Positions 38,587 to 49,729 of a stretch of 64,000 nucleotides of DNA are shown here, in pieces (within the stretch, counting starts at the first letter, position 1; the number at the start of each line of letters is the position of its first letter). Location: the IMG/VR virus record IMGVR_UViG_3300046694_000223, positions 102,581-166,580 of that record. One strand, 5' to 3'. Position numbers and translations under genes: made by a program. The notes under the pieces are model-generated. The model ran no database searches. It was not told where the DNA came from and was given only the letters and a program-made list of their open reading frames with translations. This stretch comes from a virus.

Positions 38587-39780
38587 ATGAAAAATAAGGT
38601 CGTAGTTGACACTAACGCCCTGCTGCAACATATTGAAGTTCTTGATATTGAAAATTCAATCATTATTCCTGAAATTGTACTTCATGAACTTGATAAATTA
38701 AAAGTTGGCATTACCGATACGGCGTTTCGTGCTCGTCAGGCGGTTCGCAAATTAAAATCGAAAACAGATATCTTCTATGATCATGAATTCGGAAAACAGC
38801 ATCCAGCAGCACAACTCAGTAACGATGATGTCATTGTTGCTTGCGCTGAATTTCACGATGCCTCTCTCATATCTGGCGATTTTCTTGCACAACTTAAAGC
38901 AAAATCTCTTGGTGTAGACGTATATGAACCCGACGATGCTTATAGTGAAGATTCCTATTGTGGATATAAAGAAATCACAATGAGCGAATCTGAAATGGCT
39001 TACTTTTACGAAAATAGAAATATTAATAAATATAATCTTCTAACTAACGAATACATAATTATCATAGGAGAGTCTGGTCAACCCGTAGATGTTAAGAAGT
39101 GGAACGGTAAAGAGTTTGTTGATTGTGCGGAAAAGAATTTATCTACTGTAGCAATGGGAAAATTCAAGCCACTCGACATGCATCAGATTGCCGCTATTGA
39201 TTCATTGATTACAAATGATATTACACTTCTGCGTGGTAAAGCAGGTTCTGGTAAAAGTTTGCTCGCGTTTGCATATGCAATGCATCAACTCGAAAAGGGC
39301 AGAATTAATAAACTCATCTGTCTGGTAAATCCTGTTCCCGTACGGGGAGCGCAAGAAATCGGCTTTTATAAAGGTGATAAGAACGAGAAGTTATTGCAGA
39401 GCGGCATTGGAAACTTACTGATTAGCAAATTGGGTAATAAAGAAGAAGTTGAGGCGCTGATTGCCACTGGAAGACTTGTATTGATTCCATTTGTTGATAT
39501 TCGAGGATATGACACTGGTGATAAATCGTTGGTATGGATTTCTGAAGCACAAAATCTATCTGTTGACTTGATGAAGCTTGGTCTGCAGCGCATTGGTAAG
39601 GGTAGCCAGATTATCATTGATGGCGATGACAAAACACAGGTAGATTCAGATTCTTATGCTGGAATTAATAATGGGATAAAGCGCACAAGCACAGTATTCC
39701 GTGGTGAACAACTATACGGTGAAGTTGAATTTAAAACAATTTATCGTTCTAAGATTGCAGCGATTGCTGATCGTATGTAA
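38587..39780 (+). CDS. phoH: PIN-PhoH fusion protein
   Basis: VVDTNAL..ELDKLK..NDD..SGD PIN domain; GKAGSGKS, RG, SEAQN, GD..Q PhoH motifs. Confidence 0.9.
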   Translation: MKNKVVVDTNALLQHIEVLDIENSIIIPEIVLHELDKLKVGITDTAFRARQAVRKLKSKTDIFYDHEFGKQHPAAQLSNDDVIVACAEFHDASLISGDFLAQLKAKSLGVDVYEPDDAYSEDSYCGYKEITMSESEMAYFYENRNINKYNLLTNEYIIIIGESGQPVDVKKWNGKEFVDCAEKNLSTVAMGKFKPLDMHQIAAIDSLITNDITLLRGKAGSGKSLLAFAYAMHQLEKGRINKLICLVNPVPVRGAQEIGFYKGDKNEKLLQSGIGNLLISKLGNKEEVEALIATGRLVLIPFVDIRGYDTGDKSLVWISEAQNLSVDLMKLGLQRIGKGSQIIIDGDDKTQVDSDSYAGINNGIKRTSTVFRGEQLYGEVEFKTIYRSKIAAIADRM

Positions 39781-39812
39781 TTAATAAAAATACATATTAG
39801 GGAGTAATATAA

Positions 39813-39983
39813 ATGAAATCTAATAAAGAAAAACTGATCGGCCTCAATGAAATTCGTGAGGCTGCTTTTGAACTATATCCAAATGCAAGTAAAATTACAA
39901 TTACTATTGATGGAGATAAGATCAAAGTCTCTCCTATCGAAGACTATGAAATTCCAGTAGGACTAAATACTGAAGAGGAGTGA
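39813..39983 (+). CDS. Small protein (56 aa, not in the ORF track)
   Basis: MKSNKEKLIGLNEIREAAF...; AGGGAG RBS. Confidence 0.6.
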   Translation: MKSNKEKLIGLNEIREAAFELYPNASKITITIDGDKIKVSPIEDYEIPVGLNTEEE

Positions 39984-39987
39984 TTGA

Positions 39988-41178
39988 ATGTTAACTCCTT
40001 TGAATATCTTAGAAAACGAGTCATATGAGGAATTTCTTATCAGACTCGGCTCTAATAAAGAAGAATTAGAACTATCTTGGGGTAAGATTGCTTCCATTAT
40101 GAACGAACATCTTAGCGAAGACTTCTCTGAGTCCAAATATAGAAAAGAATATCATCTACTAAGTCGAGGAATTACTATTGGAGTAAAGAAATCGGCTGAT
40201 AATGAGTATGTTCGTGAGATTGAAGATAAGACTGTTGAATTACAGAAACAGAAATACCAATTCCAGGATCAGAAGCGAGAATATAATAACAAAATAAAGT
40301 TGATTGCCAAGTATGAACATTTGAAAGAAGAAATTACTTCTGCAATTAAACAACTTGAAAAGGTTAAACCTCTCCCCTACTCTCCCATCAAGGAGAGTAT
40401 TTCTGATGTTAGGGCTAATGTCTTGTGGAGCGATTTTCACTACGGCCAAGAATCAAATAATACTCTAAATATATATAATCCAGACGTTTTCAATAAGAGA
40501 TTTGAACATCTAGTATCCAAAACAATCCACTACTGTAAGAAGCACAATGTCGATGAATTAACAATAGGATCTATTGGTGATCAGATTGCCGGATTCATTC
40601 ATCTCACCTCTCGCATTGAACAGAGTGAAGATGTTATTTCTCAGATTCAATATATTTCTGAACGACTTGCTGAAGCGATTGCTGAAATCTCAAAATATGT
40701 TCGTAAAGTTAGAGTGATTAATATAATCGGCAATCACTCTCGGACATTCCAAAATAAAAATGATTCAATTATGAAAGAAAATTTCGAAAACATCATTCCA
40801 TGGTATTTGGAAAGTCGTCTACATGGGTTTGATAACGTTGAAGTATTAAAAGGCGAAGATGGCTATTTTGTTGATGACACATTTAGTAAGCCACATTTAT
40901 ATACTCATGGCGATGTAGATCATGTATCTAGTATTGCAAGAACCATTCCTCAATTCCTCGGCATTATCCCCTCTTACTGCTTTCAGGGTCATATTCATCA
41001 TGATACCGTTAAAGATTATGGTAGAACAACTGTGATCTCGAATGGCAGTCTGTGTGGAGCCGATTCTTATGCGGTATCTAAGCGCATGTATGCAGATGCT
41101 ATGCAAAAGATGCATATTTTTGACGACAACGGAAGAATCGAATACAAGATTGATATTAATTTGCAGGATGTAAAATAA
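39988..41178 (+). CDS. Calcineurin-like metallophosphoesterase (YonJ-like)
   Basis: SDFHYG, IGD, GNHS, THGD, GHIHH. Confidence 0.88.
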   Translation: MLTPLNILENESYEEFLIRLGSNKEELELSWGKIASIMNEHLSEDFSESKYRKEYHLLSRGITIGVKKSADNEYVREIEDKTVELQKQKYQFQDQKREYNNKIKLIAKYEHLKEEITSAIKQLEKVKPLPYSPIKESISDVRANVLWSDFHYGQESNNTLNIYNPDVFNKRFEHLVSKTIHYCKKHNVDELTIGSIGDQIAGFIHLTSRIEQSEDVISQIQYISERLAEAIAEISKYVRKVRVINIIGNHSRTFQNKNDSIMKENFENIIPWYLESRLHGFDNVEVLKGEDGYFVDDTFSKPHLYTHGDVDHVSSIARTIPQFLGIIPSYCFQGHIHHDTVKDYGRTTVISNGSLCGADSYAVSKRMYADAMQKMHIFDDNGRIEYKIDINLQDVK

Positions 41179-41366
41179 CAAATAAAAGTATAAATATACA
41201 CAAATTATACATAGTCAAATAGATATCTTACTCAAGGGAGGCGTTTAAAATTACTGAGGATGAATACTGGAATACCAATCCCGATGGAGATCCGCGAGAC
41301 CTCCCCTCTACTTTTCTGTCTGATGAGGACATTGCCACAGATACAAATGTAATTATTGTTCCGAAT

Positions 41367-41621
41367 ATGAAAATTAATCTCAATCTAATTCTTGATAATT
41401 ATGTTGAAGTATTGTGCAAAGCAAAAACTAAAGATGAGTTGAAATTTGAATTAATGAAGCTTTGGGGTCATGCCTCTAGTCATGGAGCGCTTGCTGAGAG
41501 ACTAGATAAATTGAATATGGAAGTTGATATGCTACAAATGGATATTGATGCTATGAATGACGGGTACACATTCGAGATCGAACTTGTTGATGGTGACGGA
41601 GAAGACGATGATTATGTTTGA
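41367..41621 (+). CDS. Hypothetical protein
   Basis: 84-aa ORF; the true start may be a non-ATG codon upstream. Confidence 0.55.
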   Translation: MKINLNLILDNYVEVLCKAKTKDELKFELMKLWGHASSHGALAERLDKLNMEVDMLQMDIDAMNDGYTFEIELVDGDGEDDDYV

Positions 41622-41808
41622 TTTATTGTTAAAATAAGAAGAACTCCTTGGACGATTGCTAATCTAGAATCGCCCTTTTTATTGTTCTTATTTTTTAAAT
41701 GAGGATGCCCCTGCTACAAGGGTTTGCATTAAACAGTGGACACTCCCCCGCTATCCTCATTTAAGTTTTACTTTTTGTTGTGAAATGGGAGTTTTATTAA
41801 ATTAAATT

Positions 41809-43005
41809 ATGGACGGATGCTTTGATCGTCTAGGGGAGGACTATATGGTAATTAAATCAGAAAACCTAGTTAGAAAAAAAAGATCTAAAAATCCTTTATT
41901 ATATAGAGTTTGTATTTCATGCAAAAAAGAACATAACATTAAAACTGGTTTCTATCATACCAATAGTACACTCTATGATGATGGTAAATATCCAGTCTGT
42001 AAAGAATGTCTTACCAAAAACCTGCCCCTGGCAAACCCAAAAGATTTAAATTACATCTCTGCGGTCAATGGATTGCTGGCAGAAATAAATCGACCTTATA
42101 TTCATGAATTATGGTTAATATCTGCCGAAGAATCCGAAAGACGAGATATGGATTTTCTAGGTGTGTATATGAAAAACATCTCCATGCCTCATACTAAAGA
42201 ACTTTCTCATAAGGATAGCGATATCATTACGGATAAAGAAAGTATGCTTCATCAAGAACAAGGTCCATCGCCTGAATCCACAAACAAGATGAATATTACT
42301 ACTTCAAACGTAGCAACCAATAAATACGAAGATGAAGATGTCGTTTTAACTCCTGAAGATATTCAGTCTCAAAGGGACTGTCATAGGCTATTGGGATACG
42401 ATCCGTTTGATGGCTATCTAGCGTTAGACAGGAAGTTTATGTATGCAGAGATAATTCCATATCTTGACGAAGATACTCTTGAAGATCAACATAAAATTTC
42501 AATTATTATTCAATTAATAAATAACAATAGTCAGATAAGAAAAATGGACCTACTGATTAATAAGTTAAGTTCTGACTTTGAGAGTCTATTGAAGAATAGT
42601 GCAGAAATAAAGAATCTTACTGCAATTAAAAAACAAATTACAGACAATAACGATAAGTTAGCTAAAGAAAACGCAATAGCTATCAAGCATCGTGGTGATA
42701 AAAAGGCAGGTCGCAGTACTCTCGGGTATCTTATGAAAGATCTGCGGGAATTAGGATTTGAAGATGCTGAGGAAGATTATTACGACATGAAAAAAGCCTA
42801 TGGTATGAAAATGACAGCAGACATTAGTTCTAAAGCAATTATTAGTCAGTTGAATTTTGATGAAAAAGATATCGAAGATATGTTTAAAGACCAAAGGGAT
42901 TTAATAATCGAACTGCAAAGATCTAAAGAAGAACTCGAAGAGAGATTGCGTTTGGCGAATAAACAAATACTTGATTTAAAGACTAGTGGTGAAGCCAATG
43001 CGTAA
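41809..43005 (+). CDS. Putative terminase small subunit / packaging-associated protein
   Basis: N-terminal CxxC..CxxC; directly upstream of the large terminase; likely start MVIKSE. Confidence 0.65.
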   Translation: MDGCFDRLGEDYMVIKSENLVRKKRSKNPLLYRVCISCKKEHNIKTGFYHTNSTLYDDGKYPVCKECLTKNLPLANPKDLNYISAVNGLLAEINRPYIHELWLISAEESERRDMDFLGVYMKNISMPHTKELSHKDSDIITDKESMLHQEQGPSPESTNKMNITTSNVATNKYEDEDVVLTPEDIQSQRDCHRLLGYDPFDGYLALDRKFMYAEIIPYLDEDTLEDQHKISIIIQLINNNSQIRKMDLLINKLSSDFESLLKNSAEIKNLTAIKKQITDNNDKLAKENAIAIKHRGDKKAGRSTLGYLMKDLRELGFEDAEEDYYDMKKAYGMKMTADISSKAIISQLNFDEKDIEDMFKDQRDLIIELQRSKEELEERLRLANKQILDLKTSGEANA

Positions 43006-44833
43006 GCGATCTAAAGAGTTATTATCTCATAGAAAAATTGAGCTTTATGAAAAAAATGCAGAGATAATTAAGTTTTGGAGAAGAAATCCTGTAATTGCTT
43101 GCGAACAAATACTAGGAATTAAGTTACTGGACTCTCAAAAATATGTTTTGAATGAATCATGGACTAAACCATATGTAGTATGGTGCTGTTCGCGGAATTT
43201 CGGCAAAAGCTTCATCGGTGCAATATTTATGATATTGAAGTTTCTCTTATTTGAGAACCAGCAAATATACATAATTTCAAGTGTTGGTAGTCAATCACAA
43301 GAAACATTTTTGAAGATTGAAAAAATAGCAAAACAAAGAATTGAATCAACGAAATCACTAAAAGACATTTTTAGGAATGAAGTTGTAACCAGTCCTGCTA
43401 ACCAGGATGGATTTACACATAATCCAGCAAGTTTTCACACTCTTTCTTATAATGGCAGCGAAATATTCACTCTTAATGGAAACCCTGATAACAACCGCTC
43501 AAAACGTGCCACAGCCGTATTTTTTGATGAAGCAGGATTTTCTAGTGATGAAATTGTTATGATTTCTGAGGCATTTGCTACTCAAGATAGTAACTTTGCA
43601 ACCTCTACTGACTCTGGTTTCAATCTAGATTCACAAAGAAAAAAGAATCCTACTCAACTAATCTATGCTTCCTCTGCAAGTGATGTCGATACCATCTTCT
43701 TCAAAAGATACAGGGAATTTTCCAAAAAGATGATTATGGGTGATGACAGATATTTTGTTGCAGATATCCCCTGTGACATTCCTCTAGATCCTCTGATGGA
43801 TGGAGAAAAACACCCTCCTCTGCTTAAGAAAGAGCAAGTTGACAATGCAATGAAGACAAATCGAGAAAAAGCGCTTAGAGAGTATTACAACCGCTTTACA
43901 ACCGATGGTGGCGAGGCCCAGGTAATCAAGAGAGGTATTATTACTCGCAACTCTATTAATCAATTACCCGTTATGTCGAACCCCGATAATGGTGATAAGT
44001 TTGTTTTGGCATTTGACCCCGCAAGAAGTTACGATAATTCAATTTGCTCTGTAATGAGGATTGTTGAAGATCCAAACATTGGATACTATGGTGAGATTGT
44101 AAATAGTGTAAGCTTTTCTGATTTGTCTAAGAAGAAACGTACCCCAATGATGACTCCAGACCAAATAGCTTATTTTAAGGAAATGCTGTTGAACTATAAT
44201 GGTAAAGCCCCTGATTATGAGAATATATTAAGTGTTCTTTTTGATAGTGGAGCTGGCGGTGGCGGGATCAATGCATTTGCTGATAATTTATTGGACGAAT
44301 GGACTGATACCAAAGGAGTTAAGCATAAAGGACTAATTGATTCATCACACGATGAATATAAAAATGTTTCTTCGAGATATCCCACAGCAGTAAATAAACT
44401 ACGCTTGATTTCTCCTAAAAAATATAAAGTGCAGATGGTTGAACAGTTAAAAGAACTGATGGAATTAGATTTGATTAAGTTTACTAAAGAATATGATGGT
44501 AAGGGATATGCCAATCTTATTATCGATGACGACAAAGAAAGAAATATTAAAGAGCGTCATTTAACAATGGAAGAAGAAATAGCTCTTGTCAACATTGATC
44601 TTATGAAGGAAGAAACCGTAAGTATTCATAGATTTAAGTCGGGAAATAATAACGTCTCTTATGATTTACCAAAAGATAAAGAGAACAAGATCGGTGACGA
44701 TAGATTCTATACGCTGTTGCTGCTTGCTCATTTCCTTTATGAATTAAGAAGAGAAAGTATTACAAAAAAGAAACGAACCACATCTAATCCTATGGATTTC
44801 TTCTTCATGAAAAAACCAAATGTTTACGGTTAA
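42986..44833 (+). CDS. terL: Terminase large subunit (YonF-like)
   Basis: SRNFGKS Walker A, FFDEAG Walker B, AFDPARSYD and DDRFY nuclease motifs. Confidence 0.92.
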   Translation: MVKPMRKRSKELLSHRKIELYEKNAEIIKFWRRNPVIACEQILGIKLLDSQKYVLNESWTKPYVVWCCSRNFGKSFIGAIFMILKFLLFENQQIYIISSVGSQSQETFLKIEKIAKQRIESTKSLKDIFRNEVVTSPANQDGFTHNPASFHTLSYNGSEIFTLNGNPDNNRSKRATAVFFDEAGFSSDEIVMISEAFATQDSNFATSTDSGFNLDSQRKKNPTQLIYASSASDVDTIFFKRYREFSKKMIMGDDRYFVADIPCDIPLDPLMDGEKHPPLLKKEQVDNAMKTNREKALREYYNRFTTDGGEAQVIKRGIITRNSINQLPVMSNPDNGDKFVLAFDPARSYDNSICSVMRIVEDPNIGYYGEIVNSVSFSDLSKKKRTPMMTPDQIAYFKEMLLNYNGKAPDYENILSVLFDSGAGGGGINAFADNLLDEWTDTKGVKHKGLIDSSHDEYKNVSSRYPTAVNKLRLISPKKYKVQMVEQLKELMELDLIKFTKEYDGKGYANLIIDDDKERNIKERHLTMEEEIALVNIDLMKEETVSIHRFKSGNNNVSYDLPKDKENKIGDDRFYTLLLLAHFLYELRRESITKKKRTTSNPMDFFFMKKPNVYG

Positions 44834-44881
44834 TAGAATTAATCTCATCAACTATCGGCATAAAGGCGGTGATAATACTAA

Positions 44882-46393
44882 ATGCCAGAAGAAAAGCAAT
44901 TAACAAAAGAAGAAGCACTTGAGCAAAAACATGCTCATTATGCTGAGACTTTTCAAAAGTTACAACTCATTGATCTCTCAACTTATCCATATCGAACCCA
45001 AGAAAAACTAATCGGTACGTTTACAAGAGAAGATCTGCGAAGATACATACTTGCTCCTGAGTTAGATGCAAATCAGAAACAGCTCAGACGTATAAGCAAA
45101 TTCCTCTACAATGCATCTCCTCAATACAATATGTTGGTCAACTACCTCTCTTCTATTCTTACTCTTGATTTTCTCATCAAGCCAGTCAGCCAGAATCCAA
45201 AGAAAATTAAGAAGAAAGAATATGAGAATAAATATTATCAATTTGTTAGCTTTGTTGAGAAGATGAACATTCGTCATGAGTTTTCTAAGATATTGGAATC
45301 TGTTTATCGAGATGGTGTTTATTGTGGCTATGTCCATCAAGATAATAGTGACTTCTTCTTTCAACAATTAGATCCTGATTATTGCAAGATCACATATTTT
45401 GAACGTGGAATGTATTTCATTAGCTTCAATCTTGTGTATTTTTATACATATCCCGAACGTTTAGCAATGTTTCCGCAAGAGTTCAGAGATGCATACAGAG
45501 ATAATAGTTCAAATATTAAGAATAAACGTTCGACTTATTGGTATCCACTAAAGTCTGAAAATGTAATTTGTATAAAAACGGACGAATCAAACTGGTACTT
45601 TCTTCCTCCTAATGTTTCTTCATTTGAGTCTGCTTTGAACATTAATGACTTCAAACAACTTGATAAATCTGAGGCTGAGATGGGGAATTATAAATTACTA
45701 TTTCAAAAAATTCCCATCAATGAGAAAAGTGGAACTGAAAATGAGTTTTTAATTACGCCTGACTTTGCGCAGACTTTTCACGATAACATTCAAAGTAATG
45801 TTCCTATGCAGGTAGGTGTTATTACTTCTCCAATGGAAGTTAAGGACATATCGTTCGATAAAGACTCTGTTGACAGAAATAAGGTTGCTGAAGCCACAAG
45901 TCAATATTGGTCTGATACGGGTGTAAGCCAATTACTATTTAGTAGTAATGATAAGACCACATCTGCCTCTCTTGCTAAAGCAATTATGGTTGATGAGGCG
46001 AAGTCATTTAAAATACTCTATCAAGTTGAACGATGGCTGAATATATATTTAAGCCGTTTCTTTGGTGATAAAATGTTTAAAGTTGAGATGCCTAAACTCA
46101 GTATTTTTAATCGTGATGAATTTATGGCTAGAGCAAAAGAAGCCTCCTCGCTTGGTTTCCCCGAAAAAAGACTCATAAACGCTGCAATGGGTAACGATCC
46201 TAGTGCTATGTTTATGGATGCATTTCTTGAAAATGAAATTCTCGATTTGCCAAATAAATTCATTCCACTTTCATCTAGCTATACCGCAAGTGGTTCTGCT
46301 TCCGATGGTGGGAGACCGCAGAATAAGAGTGCGTCTGATTCTAAAGAAAAGACCATTGAAAATGATTCGAATGGAGACGGCATGAGAGAATAA
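44882..46393 (+). CDS. Portal protein (YonE-like)
   Basis: 503 aa after TerL; GGRP C-terminal motif. Confidence 0.85.
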   Translation: MPEEKQLTKEEALEQKHAHYAETFQKLQLIDLSTYPYRTQEKLIGTFTREDLRRYILAPELDANQKQLRRISKFLYNASPQYNMLVNYLSSILTLDFLIKPVSQNPKKIKKKEYENKYYQFVSFVEKMNIRHEFSKILESVYRDGVYCGYVHQDNSDFFFQQLDPDYCKITYFERGMYFISFNLVYFYTYPERLAMFPQEFRDAYRDNSSNIKNKRSTYWYPLKSENVICIKTDESNWYFLPPNVSSFESALNINDFKQLDKSEAEMGNYKLLFQKIPINEKSGTENEFLITPDFAQTFHDNIQSNVPMQVGVITSPMEVKDISFDKDSVDRNKVAEATSQYWSDTGVSQLLFSSNDKTTSASLAKAIMVDEAKSFKILYQVERWLNIYLSRFFGDKMFKVEMPKLSIFNRDEFMARAKEASSLGFPEKRLINAAMGNDPSAMFMDAFLENEILDLPNKFIPLSSSYTASGSASDGGRPQNKSASDSKEKTIENDSNGDGMRE

Positions 46394-46404
46394 TTAATTT
46401 ATTC

Positions 46405-48093
46405 TTGATTGGAGGTGAGAAATTGAAAAAAGATAAACACTTATCTTTTAATGCAAATTTTGAAGATATTCGTGAGCACGATAGCCAATTTTTAAAAGTA
46501 AAAATGAAAGTATTTGCTTTTGGAGAGAATCGAAACAATTCAGATATTTCGGAAGAAGCTTTTGAATTAGCTAAACAGACTATCTTTAATATTCCAGTTG
46601 TCGCAAAATACACTGACGATATGGATAAAGATGGAGCTGATGGAGATCTCGAAGGTCACAATCCATATTTGACTACAGATAAATCCGGCAATCTTACTAT
46701 TAAAAATGATACATATCCAATTGGAGTAATCTCTTCTGATGCAAATGTTTCATATGAAGAAGTAAATGAAGGAACCGAAGATAGCCCAGATATGAAGACT
46801 TATGTGGTTGTGGACAATGTGTATCTTTGGAAACGTTATGAAGCAACACAAAAAATTCAGGAATGGATGAGTCAAGGCATTAAACCTAAAGTGTCTATGG
46901 AAATTGGTGAAGTTAAAGGAAGTTATTCTAAGGAATCAGGATGTTATAAAATAAACTCTTTTATATTCGAAGCCGTTGCTGCTTTAGGCAGTAATGTAAC
47001 TCCATGCTTTCCTATGGCACAACTTGAACAATATTCCACATCAACATTTGAAGAATCATTCTTTGAAATGTTAAAAGAACTACAATTCTCTATTAATAAC
47101 GGGCAACATTTAGCAAGTAATGTTGCACCAGATTCGCAAGAAGGAGGTAACAAAGTGCCTGATAATATTGCTTCTCTGTTGGAAAAATATAATCTAACAG
47201 AAGAACAGTTGATTGAAAAAGAGATTGTTTATTCTGAGTTTTCAATTGAAGAATTGGAAGAAAAGATTAAAGAATCTTTTGAACAAACTAAACCCATCGA
47301 ACCACAACCTGCTGATCCAGTAGCAACAAATAGTTTCTCGCTGACATCGGAGCAACTTGAAGGTGAGCTTCGTAAATGGTTGGCTTGTATCGAAACAATC
47401 ACTGAAGTTTATTATGGAGAAGTATATACATCTCCTCGTTACTACTATGTAGATGATAAACGTGATGAGAAAGTTGTTATTGCAAGAGATGATAAAGACT
47501 GGTCTTTGGTCGGATTTACATATTCAGAAAATGGTGATGCCATTGAAATTGATGTTGAATCAAAACAAAGATATAAGGTTGATTATCAACCTATGCAATT
47601 GGCAGAAGGTGATATGCAGTACTCAGTAAATGTAATTGCAGACACAGTTTCTTCTGCAAAGTCAGAATTCATGATCACGGCAAAAGAAAAAGAAGTTTCC
47701 ACTAAGTTTGAAACTGAAAAAGAAGAGCTGCAAGGCCAGTTAACGAAACTTCAAGAAAGTTATTCCGAACTTGAAGGTAAAGCAACCTTGTTTGAAACTC
47801 AGTTGAATGAAAAACTTCAAAGTGAACGCCAGTCAGCAGAGAATGAAGTATTCGAACAGTTCTCTCTTGAATTGACTGATGATGAAATGAAACCCGTTAG
47901 AAACATTTCTTCCACTCTTTCTATTGATGATATTACCGAAAAGTTGTTTGCTCTGGCTGGTAAGAAGAAGGTTAAGTTTAATTTCAGCAAACATGATAGA
48001 CCTCTTGGCTATCAAATTCCTGCTGATAATTCTAAGTCGTCTGGCAAAGCGTATGACGAATTGTTTGAAAAATATAAAAAAAGTGATGAATAA
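46405..48093 (+). CDS. Prohead protease/scaffold (YonD-like)
   Basis: NRNNSDIS, VSMEI, ALGSNVTPCF protease domain plus acidic coiled-coil tail. Confidence 0.8.
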   Translation: MIGGEKLKKDKHLSFNANFEDIREHDSQFLKVKMKVFAFGENRNNSDISEEAFELAKQTIFNIPVVAKYTDDMDKDGADGDLEGHNPYLTTDKSGNLTIKNDTYPIGVISSDANVSYEEVNEGTEDSPDMKTYVVVDNVYLWKRYEATQKIQEWMSQGIKPKVSMEIGEVKGSYSKESGCYKINSFIFEAVAALGSNVTPCFPMAQLEQYSTSTFEESFFEMLKELQFSINNGQHLASNVAPDSQEGGNKVPDNIASLLEKYNLTEEQLIEKEIVYSEFSIEELEEKIKESFEQTKPIEPQPADPVATNSFSLTSEQLEGELRKWLACIETITEVYYGEVYTSPRYYYVDDKRDEKVVIARDDKDWSLVGFTYSENGDAIEIDVESKQRYKVDYQPMQLAEGDMQYSVNVIADTVSSAKSEFMITAKEKEVSTKFETEKEELQGQLTKLQESYSELEGKATLFETQLNEKLQSERQSAENEVFEQFSLELTDDEMKPVRNISSTLSIDDITEKLFALAGKKKVKFNFSKHDRPLGYQIPADNSKSSGKAYDELFEKYKKSDE

Positions 48094-48151
48094 AGGCTCC
48101 TACAAAGTAGGTGCTTTTTATTTTACAAAAATTTAGGAGGAAAAAATTATT

Positions 48152-48637
48152 ATGGCATACGGTGCAGTTCGTATTGATAAAGCCCAGGCTACTAAGGCCG
48201 GAAATATTAAGAGTGTGCAGTTGGCTTCCACACCACTAGAAAATGGTTTTGTATTCTTTGCAGATGCTTTGGTTACAGGAACGCGTGAAGCATATCAGGT
48301 TGTACGTCCAGCCACGGCAGATTTGGCAACTCGCAATCTAGTTATTCATGCAAGTGTTCCCACTACATATCTCGCTGGTCAAACAGTTGTTGATTTTGTT
48401 CTGGAAGCTGGTAAAACAGGTCGCGCTTATGTTCCAGAAGTTGGAGACATCTTCACATTCACAGACAATATAATTGATGGAACTTCAGTTCTCAATCAAT
48501 ATCTAATTCCACAAGATGGTTCTTTTAAATTGGTGCCTAGTTCCACTATTGGTTCTACAAAGTTCTCTGCAAAAGTTATTGAGAAAACAACTTTGTACGG
48601 CCTTCCTGCCACTGCATTCGAAGTAGTTAAAAACTAA
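48152..48637 (+). CDS. Capsid decoration/minor head protein (YonC-like)
   Basis: 161 aa between scaffold and capsid; strong AGGAGG RBS. Confidence 0.7.
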   Translation: MAYGAVRIDKAQATKAGNIKSVQLASTPLENGFVFFADALVTGTREAYQVVRPATADLATRNLVIHASVPTTYLAGQTVVDFVLEAGKTGRAYVPEVGDIFTFTDNIIDGTSVLNQYLIPQDGSFKLVPSSTIGSTKFSAKVIEKTTLYGLPATAFEVVKN

Positions 48638-48669
48638 AAATAATCAATCTTAGGAGGATATGAGTTTAT

Positions 48670-49671
48670 ATGAAGACAAAAAATACCGTTGCACAACTTG
48701 CACTTGATCACTATCAGGGCAAAGTGACTCAATTTAGCAAGGACGAAGCAGAACATACTCTTCGTTGTGCATTTAATGAAATTCTGGATTTGGGAAGTCA
48801 CAAAAACTTCCGCCGTGCGATGAAGCATAATGGTCGTGCAATGTTTGATGTTATGGAAGATGTATTGGACACACTGATTACAGAAGGTTTGGAAAATCAG
48901 TTTGATGGTTTCGTTGACTACAAGACAGTAGCGGTCGGTGACAAACCAGCATTTATGGTTGATGATTATCACCTGTTTAATGTTGCTACACTGGCTGCTG
49001 GTACTAACAATATTCGCCGTCAGAAACTAGATCGTTCTGCATTCTATGTTCCTACTGAATATAAGGGTGTAAAGATTTATGCTGAATTCGAAGAGTATCT
49101 TGCAGGTAAAGTAGACTTTGCCAAGATGATTGCTAAAGTTCAGCGCTCCATGAATGCTCAAATGGCGGCAGATGTTAATACTGCAATCACTGCCGGATAC
49201 TCTGCTCTGTCTGCTCCTTATGCGTATAACGGAGTTTGGGATCTGACTCAATTCAACACTCTGATTCAGCATGTTGAAGCAGCCACTGGCGTAAAAGCAA
49301 TGGTTATGGGTAGCCGTACTGCATTGCAGAAAGCAGCTCCATCTCTGGTAGCATACAACGGCTCAGTTATTGAAAGCCGCAATGATCTCGGATTCTATAA
49401 GGTTATTGACGGAACTACTATGTTTGAAATCAAACAATCTCATATTCCCGGAACAGATACTTTTGCTGTTGGAACAGATTACTTACTCGTTGTTCCTCAA
49501 GGCGAAGAAAAGATTGTTAAGGGTGTTCTTGAAGGTGATGCCATTATCGAAGAAACAACTAACGGTCTAAATGGTAATCAGGATCAGTCCATGGAATACC
49601 TGTTTGAGAAGAAATATGGCTTTGGTGTTGTTACATCGACCAAGTACGGTGTATATACATTCTCGTCTTAA
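48670..49671 (+). CDS. Major capsid protein (YonB-like)
   Basis: 333 aa, position, strong RBS, downstream hairpin at 49689-49710. Confidence 0.85.
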   Translation: MKTKNTVAQLALDHYQGKVTQFSKDEAEHTLRCAFNEILDLGSHKNFRRAMKHNGRAMFDVMEDVLDTLITEGLENQFDGFVDYKTVAVGDKPAFMVDDYHLFNVATLAAGTNNIRRQKLDRSAFYVPTEYKGVKIYAEFEEYLAGKVDFAKMIAKVQRSMNAQMAADVNTAITAGYSALSAPYAYNGVWDLTQFNTLIQHVEAATGVKAMVMGSRTALQKAAPSLVAYNGSVIESRNDLGFYKVIDGTTMFEIKQSHIPGTDTFAVGTDYLLVVPQGEEKIVKGVLEGDAIIEETTNGLNGNQDQSMEYLFEKKYGFGVVTSTKYGVYTFSS

Positions 49672-49729
49672 TTAATAAATATAATATTGGGGAAGATTTC
49701 TTTCTTCCCCTCCATCTTATTGGGGAGGC

